54,541 bases of DNA from a virus (lineage: Duplodnaviria; Caudoviricetes): positions 1 through 54,541 of IMG/VR virus record IMGVR_UViG_3300025133_000137; one strand, given 5' to 3'. How positions within the stretch are numbered: the stretch's first letter is position 1; every line of letters starts with the position of its first letter. Position numbers and translations under genes: made by a program. Of this stretch, positions 1 through 10,602 are shown one piece after another. Below the pieces are notes generated by a model. It saw only the letters and a program-made list of their open reading frames with translations. It was not told where the DNA came from and did no database searches.

Positions 1-209
1 ACAGCGGATTGATTACCGACACCGGCTTGCCGTCGGACACCGGCTCTATCGATTTCCAGGATTCTGGCGACAGCGGATTGATTACCGACAGCGGATTGAT
101 TACCGACACCGGCTTGCCGTCGGACACTGGTTTGCCGTCGGACAGCGGATTGCCGTCGGACACTGGTTTGCCGTCGGACACTGGCTCTATCGATTTCCAG
201 GATTCTGGC
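1..209 (+). repeat. Coding tandem repeat of mostly 18-nt units encoding DSGLIT/DTGLPS, with DTGSIDFQDSG twice
   Basis: Units such as gacagcggattgattacc and gacaccggcttgccgtcg are visible directly; no unique spacers. Confidence 0.9.
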
Positions 210-335
210 CTTGAAGTCTCTCGAAGGGAACCGCACGGGAATGTACCGGTAGGCTTAGCTCAGCTAGAAGAGCTAACTAAGGCCATAATTAAAAAAATCT
301 TCGCACAGCCCGAATCCACCGGAAGGGGGGAGTAG
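1..335 (+). CDS. 3' part of the wrap-around low-complexity virion-associated protein (starts at 54028)
   Basis: In frame with 54028..54541; D-[ST]-G-L-[IP]-[ST] repeats; stop TAG at 333-335, next ATG at 339. Confidence 0.8.
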   Translation, partial: SGLITDTGLPSDTGSIDFQDSGDSGLITDSGLITDTGLPSDTGLPSDSGLPSDTGLPSDTGSIDFQDSGLEVSRREPHGNVPVGLAQLEELTKAIIKKIFAQPESTGRGE

Positions 336-338
336 GTC

Positions 339-1085
339 ATGGGATGGTTTAGTAAAGGCGGGGTTTTTGATCGGGTAATCCATCCCAAGAAACAGGAGGA
401 ATACTCAGGGGAGGGTTCCGAACACCTAAAGAAAGGTCAAAAGAAGAAGCTTGCTAGATGGGAAGATGATCCAGATAAACAGTGGAAGGCGGACGCAAAA
501 AAGGAAAAGTGGCTAGAGAAGCAGGCCCCTGATTATGATTGGCAAAAACAGCAAAGGGCCGATCTAATGGCTCTCCAACAAGCTGATGATATTGAGGCGC
601 TGCGAGCTAAAATTGCGGCTGGAGAAACTGGTCTATCGGATGCTGAACTGGAGCAGAAGCAGGACGCGGAACGAACTGCGGCGGCTCAACAGCAAGCCGC
701 ACAAGAAGAACGGGTACAACAAGAGGCTCTTGCTCAAGGGGCATCTTCGGCTCACGCACAGCGTATGGTTGATGATTTTCGAGAGGATAAGGGCGCTGAC
801 GCGCAACAAGCTGCTGCTAAAGCATCCCAAAGGGCCTGGGCTAGTGATCTCGCGCAGAAGGCCCAAGAACAACAAAGGTATGACGCAATGAGGGCAGCCT
901 ATACGGCTGCTTATGATGAGTCCGATTCAGGGGCAGGCGCTGATATTTGGTCCCAAGTCTTGGATAGTGCCGGGAGTTTCGCGGAACTTGTTGCACAACA
1001 AGTTAGTAAATCAGGGGACGCCACACCCGAAATTGATCCGGCGCCATCCACCCCACCACCCACAATTACTGCATCCACTCAGTAA
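339..1085 (+). CDS. Putative DNA ejection/pilot protein (Q/A-rich coiled coil)
   Basis: N-terminal MGWFSK, Ala/Gln-rich helices, lies upstream of the large internal proteins. Confidence 0.5.
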   Translation: MGWFSKGGVFDRVIHPKKQEEYSGEGSEHLKKGQKKKLARWEDDPDKQWKADAKKEKWLEKQAPDYDWQKQQRADLMALQQADDIEALRAKIAAGETGLSDAELEQKQDAERTAAAQQQAAQEERVQQEALAQGASSAHAQRMVDDFREDKGADAQQAAAKASQRAWASDLAQKAQEQQRYDAMRAAYTAAYDESDSGAGADIWSQVLDSAGSFAELVAQQVSKSGDATPEIDPAPSTPPPTITASTQ

Positions 1086-1103
1086 AACTAGAGAGAATAT
1101 ATA

Positions 1104-2858
1104 ATGGCAGTAGAACAGAATCTATTAGCAAGCTTAACTGACGCTGAAAGGTCTGAGTTAGAGAGGCGTGCAGAACAAATTCGAGAGCTTAAGAAGAAAG
1201 TTGGTACTCAGCGTGCGCTCCAAATCGTTGGTTCAGGGCTAGCCATTGCAGGGAATAAACCCGCACTGCTTTCAAGAATGACTCCTAAATTTGGTTACAC
1301 TCCTAGTGAGATAGCTTCTCGGAAAGCTGCACTTAGGAAAGAGCGCCATGCCCTAATGGGAGAGCAGGAAGCAGCCGTGCAGTTTGGTCAGACGCTTTTA
1401 AAGGACCTTCAAAAGAACCAACTAGGGCATAAAGGTTCAATCGTTGCCGAGATCCAAAGGATGTATACAGGTGCGATTGCGCAGTTAAACCAGTCTGCTC
1501 GAACACGTGCAGAGATTGAGTCTAAGGCAGCAGATGCTGCGTATAAACAAGCAGGCCAATATTCTGTGATGGAGAGTAGAGGGGATGAATCAAATATGGC
1601 GCGGGTAGACCAGGCTATACAGGACTTAAACTCTAAGATGGAGGGTTCTGAGTACGTAGATGAGAGGACTGGTGGAATAAGCGGGGAGGCTGCGAAACAA
1701 ATCCAGAAAGTATTGGCTTCTAATGCGCTCCGAGTACCCGGAGCAAAAGAATTTTTTGTTCAGGAGATCCACCAAGGTGCCTTCCCAAAACTGACTTTTG
1801 AGGGCTTTCTAAACACACTACGGATGCGGCTCGACGATCCAAATCTAGAAGGATCACACGAAGCAGGGGTCATTGTTCAGGCTGTAGAGGATGACCGGGC
1901 CCGGAAAGAGAAGTATAAGGCGAGTAGAGACGCATTGTTACTTGAGTCTGCGGAAAAGTACGAGGAAGCAGGACGTAAAGCGTTTGGTGGCACATGGAAC
2001 GAAAAGCTCTTTAATAATATTGAAGCTGCGATGAAAGGAATCGATGGGGCGGCTAATGACGAGGAAGCTACGGGGATTATGCGTAAGCTAGCACAGGATC
2101 TCTCGAAGGGACCTGTAGATGATGAGCGTGCAAATGAAATTAAGAATCTGAGAATGATGGAGGAGGCTTATGACAAAGACTTAGGTCCTGCTCCTGTGCG
2201 CAAAGCTTATCGTTTAATGGAGCAGTCGCCCGCAGTCCAAAAGATTAAAGCAGAACTAACGGCTCCTCCACCGCAAGGGAAAGGCTATAATTTAACAGAT
2301 AAACAAGTCGTTAAGTTAATTTTAAAGAACTCACGACACGAGATGATGCGAACAGACAAGGCATCGAAACCAGATTTTAGTCTTCTTTCAAAGATGATAA
2401 GAAGCGGATTGAATATTGTTGCAAAAAAGGATGTGCCACCTAGAGATGAAGCAACAGTAACAGCTGCAATTGACGCAAAGAAAAAGGTAGAAACTCCTAC
2501 CGATCAAGATAGCTTCATACGAGATCTGGTTTACGGTGTAGGTGGAGAACAAGAAGAAGAAGCAGCCGGTGTTGATGAGGACCAGGAATTATTAGACCGA
2601 CTGTATGGCTTAACGTCTAAGGCAGCTAATCTGGTCCCTCAAAAGGATGAGGAAGGGCCCCCGAAAAAGACGTTTGAGGATACTTTAGATTTTGCATCCG
2701 AACGCGCTAAAACTCCTTCGTCCACTATTATCAATATGAATGACCCGCTCAACCAGACCCAAACAGCTGCTGAGGTTTACGAGAAAGTAACCGAGGAGGA
2801 GGCAGTAGACACCAATTATCCCCTTGGCTACCCACATAGGAACTGGGAACTACCTTAA
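1104..2858 (+). CDS. Putative internal virion/ejection protein, 584 aa
   Basis: Helical and charged with a short Gly/Ala hydrophobic segment (QIVGSGLAIAG); synteny with the podovirus ejection module. Confidence 0.55.
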   Translation: MAVEQNLLASLTDAERSELERRAEQIRELKKKVGTQRALQIVGSGLAIAGNKPALLSRMTPKFGYTPSEIASRKAALRKERHALMGEQEAAVQFGQTLLKDLQKNQLGHKGSIVAEIQRMYTGAIAQLNQSARTRAEIESKAADAAYKQAGQYSVMESRGDESNMARVDQAIQDLNSKMEGSEYVDERTGGISGEAAKQIQKVLASNALRVPGAKEFFVQEIHQGAFPKLTFEGFLNTLRMRLDDPNLEGSHEAGVIVQAVEDDRARKEKYKASRDALLLESAEKYEEAGRKAFGGTWNEKLFNNIEAAMKGIDGAANDEEATGIMRKLAQDLSKGPVDDERANEIKNLRMMEEAYDKDLGPAPVRKAYRLMEQSPAVQKIKAELTAPPPQGKGYNLTDKQVVKLILKNSRHEMMRTDKASKPDFSLLSKMIRSGLNIVAKKDVPPRDEATVTAAIDAKKKVETPTDQDSFIRDLVYGVGGEQEEEAAGVDEDQELLDRLYGLTSKAANLVPQKDEEGPPKKTFEDTLDFASERAKTPSSTIINMNDPLNQTQTAAEVYEKVTEEEAVDTNYPLGYPHRNWELP

Positions 2859-2872
2859 TATAGGGAGGGATA

Positions 2873-5800
2873 ATGCCTGGACCGTTCTTCACAGGTGAAA
2901 CGGAGTTGGAGGCAAAACGAAGAAGCAGGGAACGCTTGAGGAAGCTAGGTTTCCCTGTGGTTCCGTGGGAAGGAGACCGCGTAGAGCCTGAAGAGCCTGA
3001 AGAGCCTGAATTCCAACAGGTAACACCGGAACCTGTAGAGGAGTCTGTTTTATCGGGCACGGCTCCCGTTCTCTCTTCTCCTATTACTACTCCAGAGCCT
3101 AAACCAGTTAAGCCTCCTGAGCCCCCCAAATACGTTCATGAACGGGCTCTCCCTGAAGATGAAGATAAGATTTTACTTCAACGACAGGAAGAGCATTTAG
3201 CAGGGCTGAACAAAGCAGGCCATACAACTAATCCGGAAGGTGGGGGTGGTGATCTTACTCTCGATTCGTTTTATTCGCGCATGGAAAACTTCCTTGAGGG
3301 GAGAGCCCCTAAACGAGCGGTGGCCCCAGGTGAGGGGAGTTCCCCCTCGATTTGGCCAGGAAAGAAGATCATAGAACTCTCAGGGTGGGTCGCTCCTCCG
3401 TTCCGAGAATTATACGATGCGGAATCAATGTACCGTCCCGCTACATCTCTACCCTATTATGGGCAGCGCAGAGGCTTTGGTCGGGTGGCTGCTTGGGCTG
3501 TAGACCGAGAAGGTTTTACAGGAGTCAGAGAGGGGGAAGAGCAGGAAAAACGTCCCCCAGAACTAGAGGGAGAAGATCCCGCTAGCGCCCGAGAGCTACT
3601 CCGGGAAGCTGAGAGCAAGATTACAGAGACAGGAGAGAAGGTTGCTTTTGCTGATTTTGAGCCTTTGGCTATCACCCCAGGCGCAATAAAAATTCTCCGC
3701 TTAAGCCTTGAAAGACTTGGTATTCCGGAAGAACAGGCACGCTCAATTCCCTTAGAGTATGTAGCCCCTGTATGGCACAAGATTAGGACGCAGCTTGCAC
3801 AAGGGCAACAGGCACTGAAAGAACGTAAACCTATCCCCACCGAGAAAATCAAAGGCACAGCTAGGGTCATTGGGGATGATGAGGTTAAGGACCTTACGGC
3901 AGAAATTCCCATCGAGGGAGCAGAAGAAGCCCCCCAACAAATCGTCGCAGGAGCGGCTACTGCACGAACAGCAAAGGAAGCACTTCAAAAGGCAGGAATC
4001 ACAGAAGGATACTTCGATTTGTTTGAAGAACCTCTTATCGGGAAAGACATCGGAGACTATGATAGTCTGGCCAGGTTTTATAAGCTAAGCGCCCTTGAAG
4101 AGAAGTCGGACGCAGTAAAGAAGACAAAAGCGGATATAAACGTCCCTCTCGTTCATGTGAAGAACAGGGGATGGAACATAGACCTCAACTCGGCCCTGAC
4201 TAGCCTTAGACAACGTAAGTATATCCAGTTAAGAAACGGTGCCCTTAGACAGATGGAAAGGGAGGGCCTTACCCCAAAGGCCGCATACGAAAGTTACATG
4301 AAGAATCCTGAACTCCGAGATGAACTAGGGGAGAAGGCTATCCGGCACGCGCATATGAGGGTGATGAGTTTTTTAGGCTCACGTGGGAGAGGTTTCACTC
4401 CTGCTTATTACACGGAAAAGAGTATAGAAAAACACTATTCAGAAATGTTTTCCTCCGATGCACCTGCCCCCGCAACTCCTATGACTCCTATACTGCGTCA
4501 AGCCCAGATGAACAAATTCATGGGACCTTGGAGAACGCTCGGTGGGCTGACGGTGGGGGGCCCTGCGGCAGCTGGTCGTATTTATGAGGAAGTTACTCCG
4601 CAGAACATCTCCCACGGCCAACTCTTTGAATTCCTTCGAACAGTTCCATCTACTGTAGCTGGGAGTTGGATCACTACATGGGACCCCCCCGATTCCTCTA
4701 ATCCCCAGGTGATTTGGGAGTCTTTGTGGGATCATTGGGGATCACCAGAACATTATGAGATGATGACGACGGGTCAATGGGATTTAACGGAAAGGTTTTA
4801 TGACGTAGGGGATACAACCGCTGACCTTCTCGGTATCACAAAAGCAGGGGATGTTCTTGGTGGCTCAATCGAGTCTACGATTGATTCATATAAATTTAGG
4901 AAGGCACTAGGACTGGGGATAGGACTTCCTATCCTCTTGGTCGCGGATCTGGGTCCACTAGATGCGGCCTTTGGGGTCGTCGGGAAAGTTGCTTCCCCCA
5001 TCAGTAGGGGACTAAAGATAGGTAGGAACCAGCACGTGATTAGTCGCTTAGAGGAAGTAGTCTCATCTGATAAGTCTACAAAAGACAAACTGATCGCATT
5101 TCGAGAAGCATTCGGGTGGAGCGCGGCTCACGCTGAAGCTGCCGAGAAGATCATTGAACAGCAAGTCGGTGCGCAATTAGGTAAAAATACCTCAGAGGTC
5201 GTTAGTAGATTAGGAAAGGAAATTAAGAAGGCCGAAACTAAGCACACCCGTACACAGGTAGCTACGAAGAAGGCCCTAGAAACGGGTAATAAAGCGAAGG
5301 TTAATGAAGCCAAGTTAACTGAGCTTAAAGCATCACAAGAGGTTTTAGATACTAAGTACGACGCCGCTCTTCAGATGAAAGCATTGGCGGATGAGGAGGT
5401 GCGAGTCTCGGGGTCACTTCTTGATTCGGTAGGAAACCCTAAGCGGAGTCTTAAGAAGTATTCTGATATTCAAGAATTACATCAGCTAAAACAAAAAGAA
5501 TTTGAAGAGCTTCTCGAACAAAAGATATTCCCCGAAGGGGAAAAGACAAAAGTAGAACTGTATAAAATTGAGAAAGCATACCTCGATCAACGCAGAGAGG
5601 CGGTACGGGAAATTGAGGGGCTTCTTTTAAAGGAAGAGGTGTTAACGGGAAAGACACTCCAAAAAACAGTGGGTGAGGTAGAGCTACGGACTAGACGCGG
5701 AGAATTAGATAAGCAGATCGAGAGGCTAACTAGGGCTGTTGCCCGCCTTGATGAAATGACGGGCTTAACAGATGAGGCCACCGAGCTTCAGACCCAACTA

Positions 5801-8800
5801 ACTAAAGCAGAGACACGACTCAAGGACGATCTGACAGCTACCCCAGAGAAAGTAAAGCACTTAAAAACGAAGGGAACGCCACAAGAAAAATGGGATCGGT
5901 ATCTGTCTCAATATTCTAGCAACCGGGTTGCGAAACGTATCCGCGATACCCGTGCTGAAATAAAAGAGCTTGGTAAGCAGATAAAGGCAGAAGCGAAGAA
6001 AGCGGGCAAGAAAGCCGACAGACAGATTGATTTAGAGAAGGCACGGGGCACCCTAGAAAAACTTAAAGTGGAAAGAACGCAGGTCGAGCAGAAACTGCTT
6101 ACCGCAATGGAAAAAAGGTTTCGGAAAACGCCTGCTTTTGTGGACGAAACCATAGAAGGAGTAACTGAAGAAGTTATTGAACAGACTCCGCTAGAACGGG
6201 CACTTGGAGCTACTAGTAAAGAGAAAAAGGATATTGAGATCCAGGTTCGAGCACTTCTTAAGGATGATGAGTACGTGTTTCGGGGGTACTCAAGCAAGGG
6301 GCGATCTAAGGTCGAGGTTGTGATTAGAGAAGATGGTATTCTGGTGCCCGTATATTTTGACAAGTTATTGGGGAAGCCCGCCAAATACCATAGATATGAA
6401 GCCAACAAAAGTGGAATAGAATGGCGTGCCCTTACTGAGGACGAAATGAGCAGGCTTGTGCTGCCGAGTCCGAGGGCCGCAGTAAAAACACAGAGAACAC
6501 CTGCGTTTACGCGCCTTCTTAAGAACTATCTAGGCGAGATCAAGGCGGCAAAGAAGGTTCGACAAGATGCCCTCGCTTCCCTTGGAGTTTCGCCCAGTGA
6601 TCCGATTCTTAAAAAAATCATGAAAGCCGCTGAAAACGTAGATGTTGGTACGCTTGAGCTTCTTCGTTTACGGCGTTATGCGGAGTCAAAACTAGCTAAG
6701 GAAAAACAACAGCTTGCAGCGAAGATGGTAAAAGCCGCGCAGCAAGAACAGAAAAAGGGCCTTAAGCAGGCAGAAAAGCTCGGACTAAAAACTCCTAGTG
6801 ATGTGCAAGCAAAGATCATTGCTGCGAAGAAGGCTGAAATTGCAGCAAGAGAAGCACTTACTTCTCTTCGTAATCTTTGGGACGATAGTGCGCGAAGCTA
6901 TATCAAGGGGCTGAAATACCATAATGCGCTTCTACGTAGAGGCGGGCGGCTAAATGCGAATACCTTTACCAAACTTCTTACCGAGGTTCCGCGTGTAATG
7001 CAGGCAAAGATCGCCCGCTTGATTGGGAAAGGGGTCCCCCCATTGGAGGCTGCTGAAGCTGTCATTGAGGATATTCCGAAGTATATTCAGGTGGAGCTTC
7101 CTGGTTTGTCGTCTCGGTCGTCTCTTAAAATTGAACGGATTACCGAGAAGACACCTGCATGGTCGGAAGGAGCAGTCGAGGGTGTGGGGGGTATGGGGGT
7201 TGTTGAGGGGTCTATCGATGTGCGGCCAAAAGCTATCCGAGAAACTCTAAACGAAAGGTACGGAAAGCGAATAGTAGACCGCTTTCTTGCTCAGAATAAG
7301 GAAGCTTGGGAGAACTTGGGTAAGCTACCTGACGATGATATTGGACTGAGATCTGTAGGGGACCGTACTCAGGTGAATAAAATCTTATCAAGTACGGAAG
7401 AGGTTCTTTCACTCACACCGGGGGACCTAATCGGGATTCAAGACTTCGAAGAGCTACTTGCCGTGGCGGCCAACAAATTTTGGCAACAAGATCGGCGACT
7501 AGATTTGATTGCACAGAGCCTTAGGATTCAGCAGGAAAGAGGCAACCTTGATAACAGGTGGATCGCAGCTGTGACCTCCTTTGTCTCACGACTTTTTAGG
7601 GGGGGCGCAGTTAATACTAAAGAGATGTCGGACCAGTTACGGCAGACAGTAGCCGCAGCGGAGAACCTTTCGACTCGGGCCTATGAAGAAGTTGACTCCC
7701 TTCTCAAAAAAGCGTTTCGGGAAGACCTCACTAGTGATGAAATTCTGGATCTCTTTACCCGGTATATGGACGGGGAATCCTTTCTAATTGGTACGAAACT
7801 CACTAAGATGGGAGAAACTTTCATGAACTCGGGGGTAAACCTCTGGGATGCTGTTCGCGTCAATCTCCGAAACAACGCGCGATGGACCGTAAGGGTAGGC
7901 AAAGGTGAGATCAGCATGGGCCGTCTAGGCCAGGAGATTAAGATAAAAGCAGAGAAAGTGCTGGAAAAAAAAGGGGTGACCCAGATGTCGGTTCGTGCGG
8001 AAGTCTTAGGAAACCTCCCGCCTACACCAGAACTTGAACGGCAAGCAGCACTCAAATGGGCTCAAATATTAAGCAAACAATTCCGTAAGGAAATGAACAA
8101 GGTCGAGGGCCTTAAACCGACGAAGAGTAGGAATGCAGCTGGGGAGATGGAAACCCGACTAGCCACTGTCTGGGGTGAGGGGAAGGTAGATGCCCCAAAA
8201 AGCTTGCGAACTTTAAGTGTGGCGCTGTGGCCAAGAGGTAAGCAGATGACGCAGACCGGTGAGCTACTTCGCTCGGCTTATGTAGCTTTGAATAGTGCCC
8301 CTGACTTCCCTACCTTTATGCGCCTTTTGGGTCTGCGGTTACGTGAAGCGCCGTTTGATCTCAAAATAGCCAAGGAAGATCCTGTTCGAGGCTATCACAT
8401 TGCTGTTCTTGCTTCTCTTCAGGCGAAGATTGAATCACAGGCGATTAGTAGGGCGGCACGAATTGTAGGTCCTACCCTGTCTAAGAAGGAAGCAGATGCG
8501 ATGAACGCCATGGTGACCGGGAATTGGGGGAGCACTAAGGAAGGACTCGAAGCATTTGATCGAGCATTGGGGATACTTAATGATCTAGGCTTACCGATTA
8601 ACCGACAAACAACAAAGGGACTCCTTAATAAAGCAGCGAAACAGTCACTAACAATACAACGGGTAAGCGAAGACCCCTTTGGAATGAATGCCTACCTTCC
8701 GACAGACCTTATCGAAGACTTTGAAAATGTAATGGGGAGTATCCAAAAAGAAATCGAGGGCTCATATGATAAAAGTATTCGACAAGATTTAGAGGGCACG

Positions 8801-10537
8801 GTGCGTCGAGCCCTACCCTCCGCCCTATACATAAATGAGTTAGGGGCCTGGACCGTAAGCATGCTCTTAAATCTTGTAAAATTATGGCGTCAGTCTGTAG
8901 TAACGGGGCTATTTCTTGCTAATCCTAGACACTGGACAAGTACTTCTGTCAGTAACTTTTTTCAAGTCCATCAAGAAGAAGGAATTAAAACAGCGTCGAA
9001 AGTATCTTTCCAGAACTTACCTGTAAATATCCCCTTTGTCGGGCGGGGTTTCCAAGATTACATAGCACTCAAAGCAGCAAGCGGAAACGAATCCGGGTCG
9101 GTAGTTGCGGCTGTGTTCAACCCTCGACTCCAAGAATTTTGGACTATAGGTTCAAGAAAAGCATCAAGCACTTTTTATCGGGATGCTCGTGGACGATTAC
9201 ATAACTTACAAGAATTACGTATACGCGCAGCCGAAGACGGGATTCTTTCTACCTTTGAGGCAGAGAGAGGTCTACTCCAACAAGCGGATATAAATGCACT
9301 AAAAGGAAAAGAAAAACTACATAAGAAAGCAGGGAGAAAAATAGGGGCCTGGAACGCTGCTATCGCCCAGATGATGGTCTATGGCGAACAGCGGGTGAGA
9401 ACAGGACTTTGGTTAGAAAAGATTATTAATCAAGGGGCGAGTTATCGGGAGGCGCAACAAGCTGTTTTCAATACCTATTATGATTGGAAGCATGGGGTCA
9501 GTGACATTGAACGCGAGTTTTTTGTTCACCTCGCAACCTTCTGGCGTTGGTTTAGTTTAGCTGCTCGCCGACATGGGAGTGCAATAACCAAACAGTTAGC
9601 AGAACCCGTGCCCATGTCGAAGATCCTTACTGGGCGTACCCCTCTGGGTCGAGCGCGAAGACAACTCCAAGTTATCCGTTCGTTAGACGAGTTCTCTGAA
9701 TGGGAAGATGACAACGAAGCAAATATAGATACGGCTAGCAAAGAGTGGGATGCTTTGATGGCCGAAATACGTCCCTGGTGGGGCTTTGAGCGTCTGGTGT
9801 TTGGCCAAAGGCCAATGCCTCTTGACCATTCGCTCCGACTAGAAGATATAAGTGGGAGGTTCTATACCCACTGGACATACATCGGCCCTGCTATTACATC
9901 TGCCGAGATGTTCACTCATCAGCTCTCGATTGCTACAGGGATCAGTATTTTCATAGCCCAGCTGATCAATTTCACCCGGAGACTTGGGGGAAAGGAGCCT
10001 TCTTATGTAATCCCTGCGGGTAAGTTTGGTGGCCCAGCAACAGCCGGTTTTGAGGCTATCTTTCAGCCGGTGATAGAGATGCTTCTTCCTTGGTTTGAAG
10101 CTTTTGCCGAACAACAATTAGGGGGTTATCGAAATTCATTCAAACATCGACCTCTTAGTCTAGGTGAGGCTGCTATAGTCGAGCAGGTTGGGAAAGAATA
10201 CCTGAATCTAGGTGGCGCGGATCTCGAAATCCATCAGAATCGCTTCACGGGAAACGCGGACGCCATTCAACTCTATCGGCTTCTCCCCTTTTTCGGGTCC
10301 CAGGTCCCTTCGATTATAGGGAATATAGTTTCCGCTCAGCCCGACATGGAGGATGACATGGCTAGGGGCATGGCTGTAATGTTAGGTAACTTCTTAGGTA
10401 TACGAAAAGTCCCTTTCGCTCCCGAGAACCAGCTCAAGTGGGAGATGAGAGGGATCGAAACTAAGTTGAAAGAGATTGAGGATAGTGCTAAGCTTCCGAT
10501 GGAGAGAACACGTCATAGTGACGTGTGGAAAAAATAG
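2873..10537 (+). CDS. Giant internal virion/ejection protein, 2554 aa
   Basis: Long ORF with GGAGG RBS; Pro/Glu-rich N-terminus, hydrophobic segment, long coiled coil and helical C-terminal region like large podovirus internal proteins; no catalytic motif recognised. Confidence 0.65.
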   Translation: MPGPFFTGETELEAKRRSRERLRKLGFPVVPWEGDRVEPEEPEEPEFQQVTPEPVEESVLSGTAPVLSSPITTPEPKPVKPPEPPKYVHERALPEDEDKILLQRQEEHLAGLNKAGHTTNPEGGGGDLTLDSFYSRMENFLEGRAPKRAVAPGEGSSPSIWPGKKIIELSGWVAPPFRELYDAESMYRPATSLPYYGQRRGFGRVAAWAVDREGFTGVREGEEQEKRPPELEGEDPASARELLREAESKITETGEKVAFADFEPLAITPGAIKILRLSLERLGIPEEQARSIPLEYVAPVWHKIRTQLAQGQQALKERKPIPTEKIKGTARVIGDDEVKDLTAEIPIEGAEEAPQQIVAGAATARTAKEALQKAGITEGYFDLFEEPLIGKDIGDYDSLARFYKLSALEEKSDAVKKTKADINVPLVHVKNRGWNIDLNSALTSLRQRKYIQLRNGALRQMEREGLTPKAAYESYMKNPELRDELGEKAIRHAHMRVMSFLGSRGRGFTPAYYTEKSIEKHYSEMFSSDAPAPATPMTPILRQAQMNKFMGPWRTLGGLTVGGPAAAGRIYEEVTPQNISHGQLFEFLRTVPSTVAGSWITTWDPPDSSNPQVIWESLWDHWGSPEHYEMMTTGQWDLTERFYDVGDTTADLLGITKAGDVLGGSIESTIDSYKFRKALGLGIGLPILLVADLGPLDAAFGVVGKVASPISRGLKIGRNQHVISRLEEVVSSDKSTKDKLIAFREAFGWSAAHAEAAEKIIEQQVGAQLGKNTSEVVSRLGKEIKKAETKHTRTQVATKKALETGNKAKVNEAKLTELKASQEVLDTKYDAALQMKALADEEVRVSGSLLDSVGNPKRSLKKYSDIQELHQLKQKEFEELLEQKIFPEGEKTKVELYKIEKAYLDQRREAVREIEGLLLKEEVLTGKTLQKTVGEVELRTRRGELDKQIERLTRAVARLDEMTGLTDEATELQTQLTKAETRLKDDLTATPEKVKHLKTKGTPQEKWDRYLSQYSSNRVAKRIRDTRAEIKELGKQIKAEAKKAGKKADRQIDLEKARGTLEKLKVERTQVEQKLLTAMEKRFRKTPAFVDETIEGVTEEVIEQTPLERALGATSKEKKDIEIQVRALLKDDEYVFRGYSSKGRSKVEVVIREDGILVPVYFDKLLGKPAKYHRYEANKSGIEWRALTEDEMSRLVLPSPRAAVKTQRTPAFTRLLKNYLGEIKAAKKVRQDALASLGVSPSDPILKKIMKAAENVDVGTLELLRLRRYAESKLAKEKQQLAAKMVKAAQQEQKKGLKQAEKLGLKTPSDVQAKIIAAKKAEIAAREALTSLRNLWDDSARSYIKGLKYHNALLRRGGRLNANTFTKLLTEVPRVMQAKIARLIGKGVPPLEAAEAVIEDIPKYIQVELPGLSSRSSLKIERITEKTPAWSEGAVEGVGGMGVVEGSIDVRPKAIRETLNERYGKRIVDRFLAQNKEAWENLGKLPDDDIGLRSVGDRTQVNKILSSTEEVLSLTPGDLIGIQDFEELLAVAANKFWQQDRRLDLIAQSLRIQQERGNLDNRWIAAVTSFVSRLFRGGAVNTKEMSDQLRQTVAAAENLSTRAYEEVDSLLKKAFREDLTSDEILDLFTRYMDGESFLIGTKLTKMGETFMNSGVNLWDAVRVNLRNNARWTVRVGKGEISMGRLGQEIKIKAEKVLEKKGVTQMSVRAEVLGNLPPTPELERQAALKWAQILSKQFRKEMNKVEGLKPTKSRNAAGEMETRLATVWGEGKVDAPKSLRTLSVALWPRGKQMTQTGELLRSAYVALNSAPDFPTFMRLLGLRLREAPFDLKIAKEDPVRGYHIAVLASLQAKIESQAISRAARIVGPTLSKKEADAMNAMVTGNWGSTKEGLEAFDRALGILNDLGLPINRQTTKGLLNKAAKQSLTIQRVSEDPFGMNAYLPTDLIEDFENVMGSIQKEIEGSYDKSIRQDLEGTVRRALPSALYINELGAWTVSMLLNLVKLWRQSVVTGLFLANPRHWTSTSVSNFFQVHQEEGIKTASKVSFQNLPVNIPFVGRGFQDYIALKAASGNESGSVVAAVFNPRLQEFWTIGSRKASSTFYRDARGRLHNLQELRIRAAEDGILSTFEAERGLLQQADINALKGKEKLHKKAGRKIGAWNAAIAQMMVYGEQRVRTGLWLEKIINQGASYREAQQAVFNTYYDWKHGVSDIEREFFVHLATFWRWFSLAARRHGSAITKQLAEPVPMSKILTGRTPLGRARRQLQVIRSLDEFSEWEDDNEANIDTASKEWDALMAEIRPWWGFERLVFGQRPMPLDHSLRLEDISGRFYTHWTYIGPAITSAEMFTHQLSIATGISIFIAQLINFTRRLGGKEPSYVIPAGKFGGPATAGFEAIFQPVIEMLLPWFEAFAEQQLGGYRNSFKHRPLSLGEAAIVEQVGKEYLNLGGADLEIHQNRFTGNADAIQLYRLLPFFGSQVPSIIGNIVSAQPDMEDDMARGMAVMLGNFLGIRKVPFAPENQLKWEMRGIETKLKEIEDSAKLPMERTRHSDVWKK

Positions 10538-10602
10538 CCCCCCTGAAGAGAGGGAGGGTCTTTGGGTGAAGAATCCATCGTACCCCTCGAAGAGAGGACA
10601 AT

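Noticed and set aside
1-209. Possible CRISPR array or DGR repeat
   Set aside because: The units are contiguous, in-frame coding repeats without unique spacers; no cas operon or reverse transcriptase is seen.
1-335. Host assignment from D[ST]G repeats (reminiscent of Myxococcota surface proteins)
   Set aside because: Low-complexity resemblance only; the host cannot be inferred without spacer or homology searches.
2873-10537. Virion RNA polymerase (N4- or crAss-like) or ADP-ribosyltransferase in the giant ORF
   Set aside because: No DxDGD or single-subunit RNAP motifs were found; YVFRG alone lacks the downstream STS and ExE elements.
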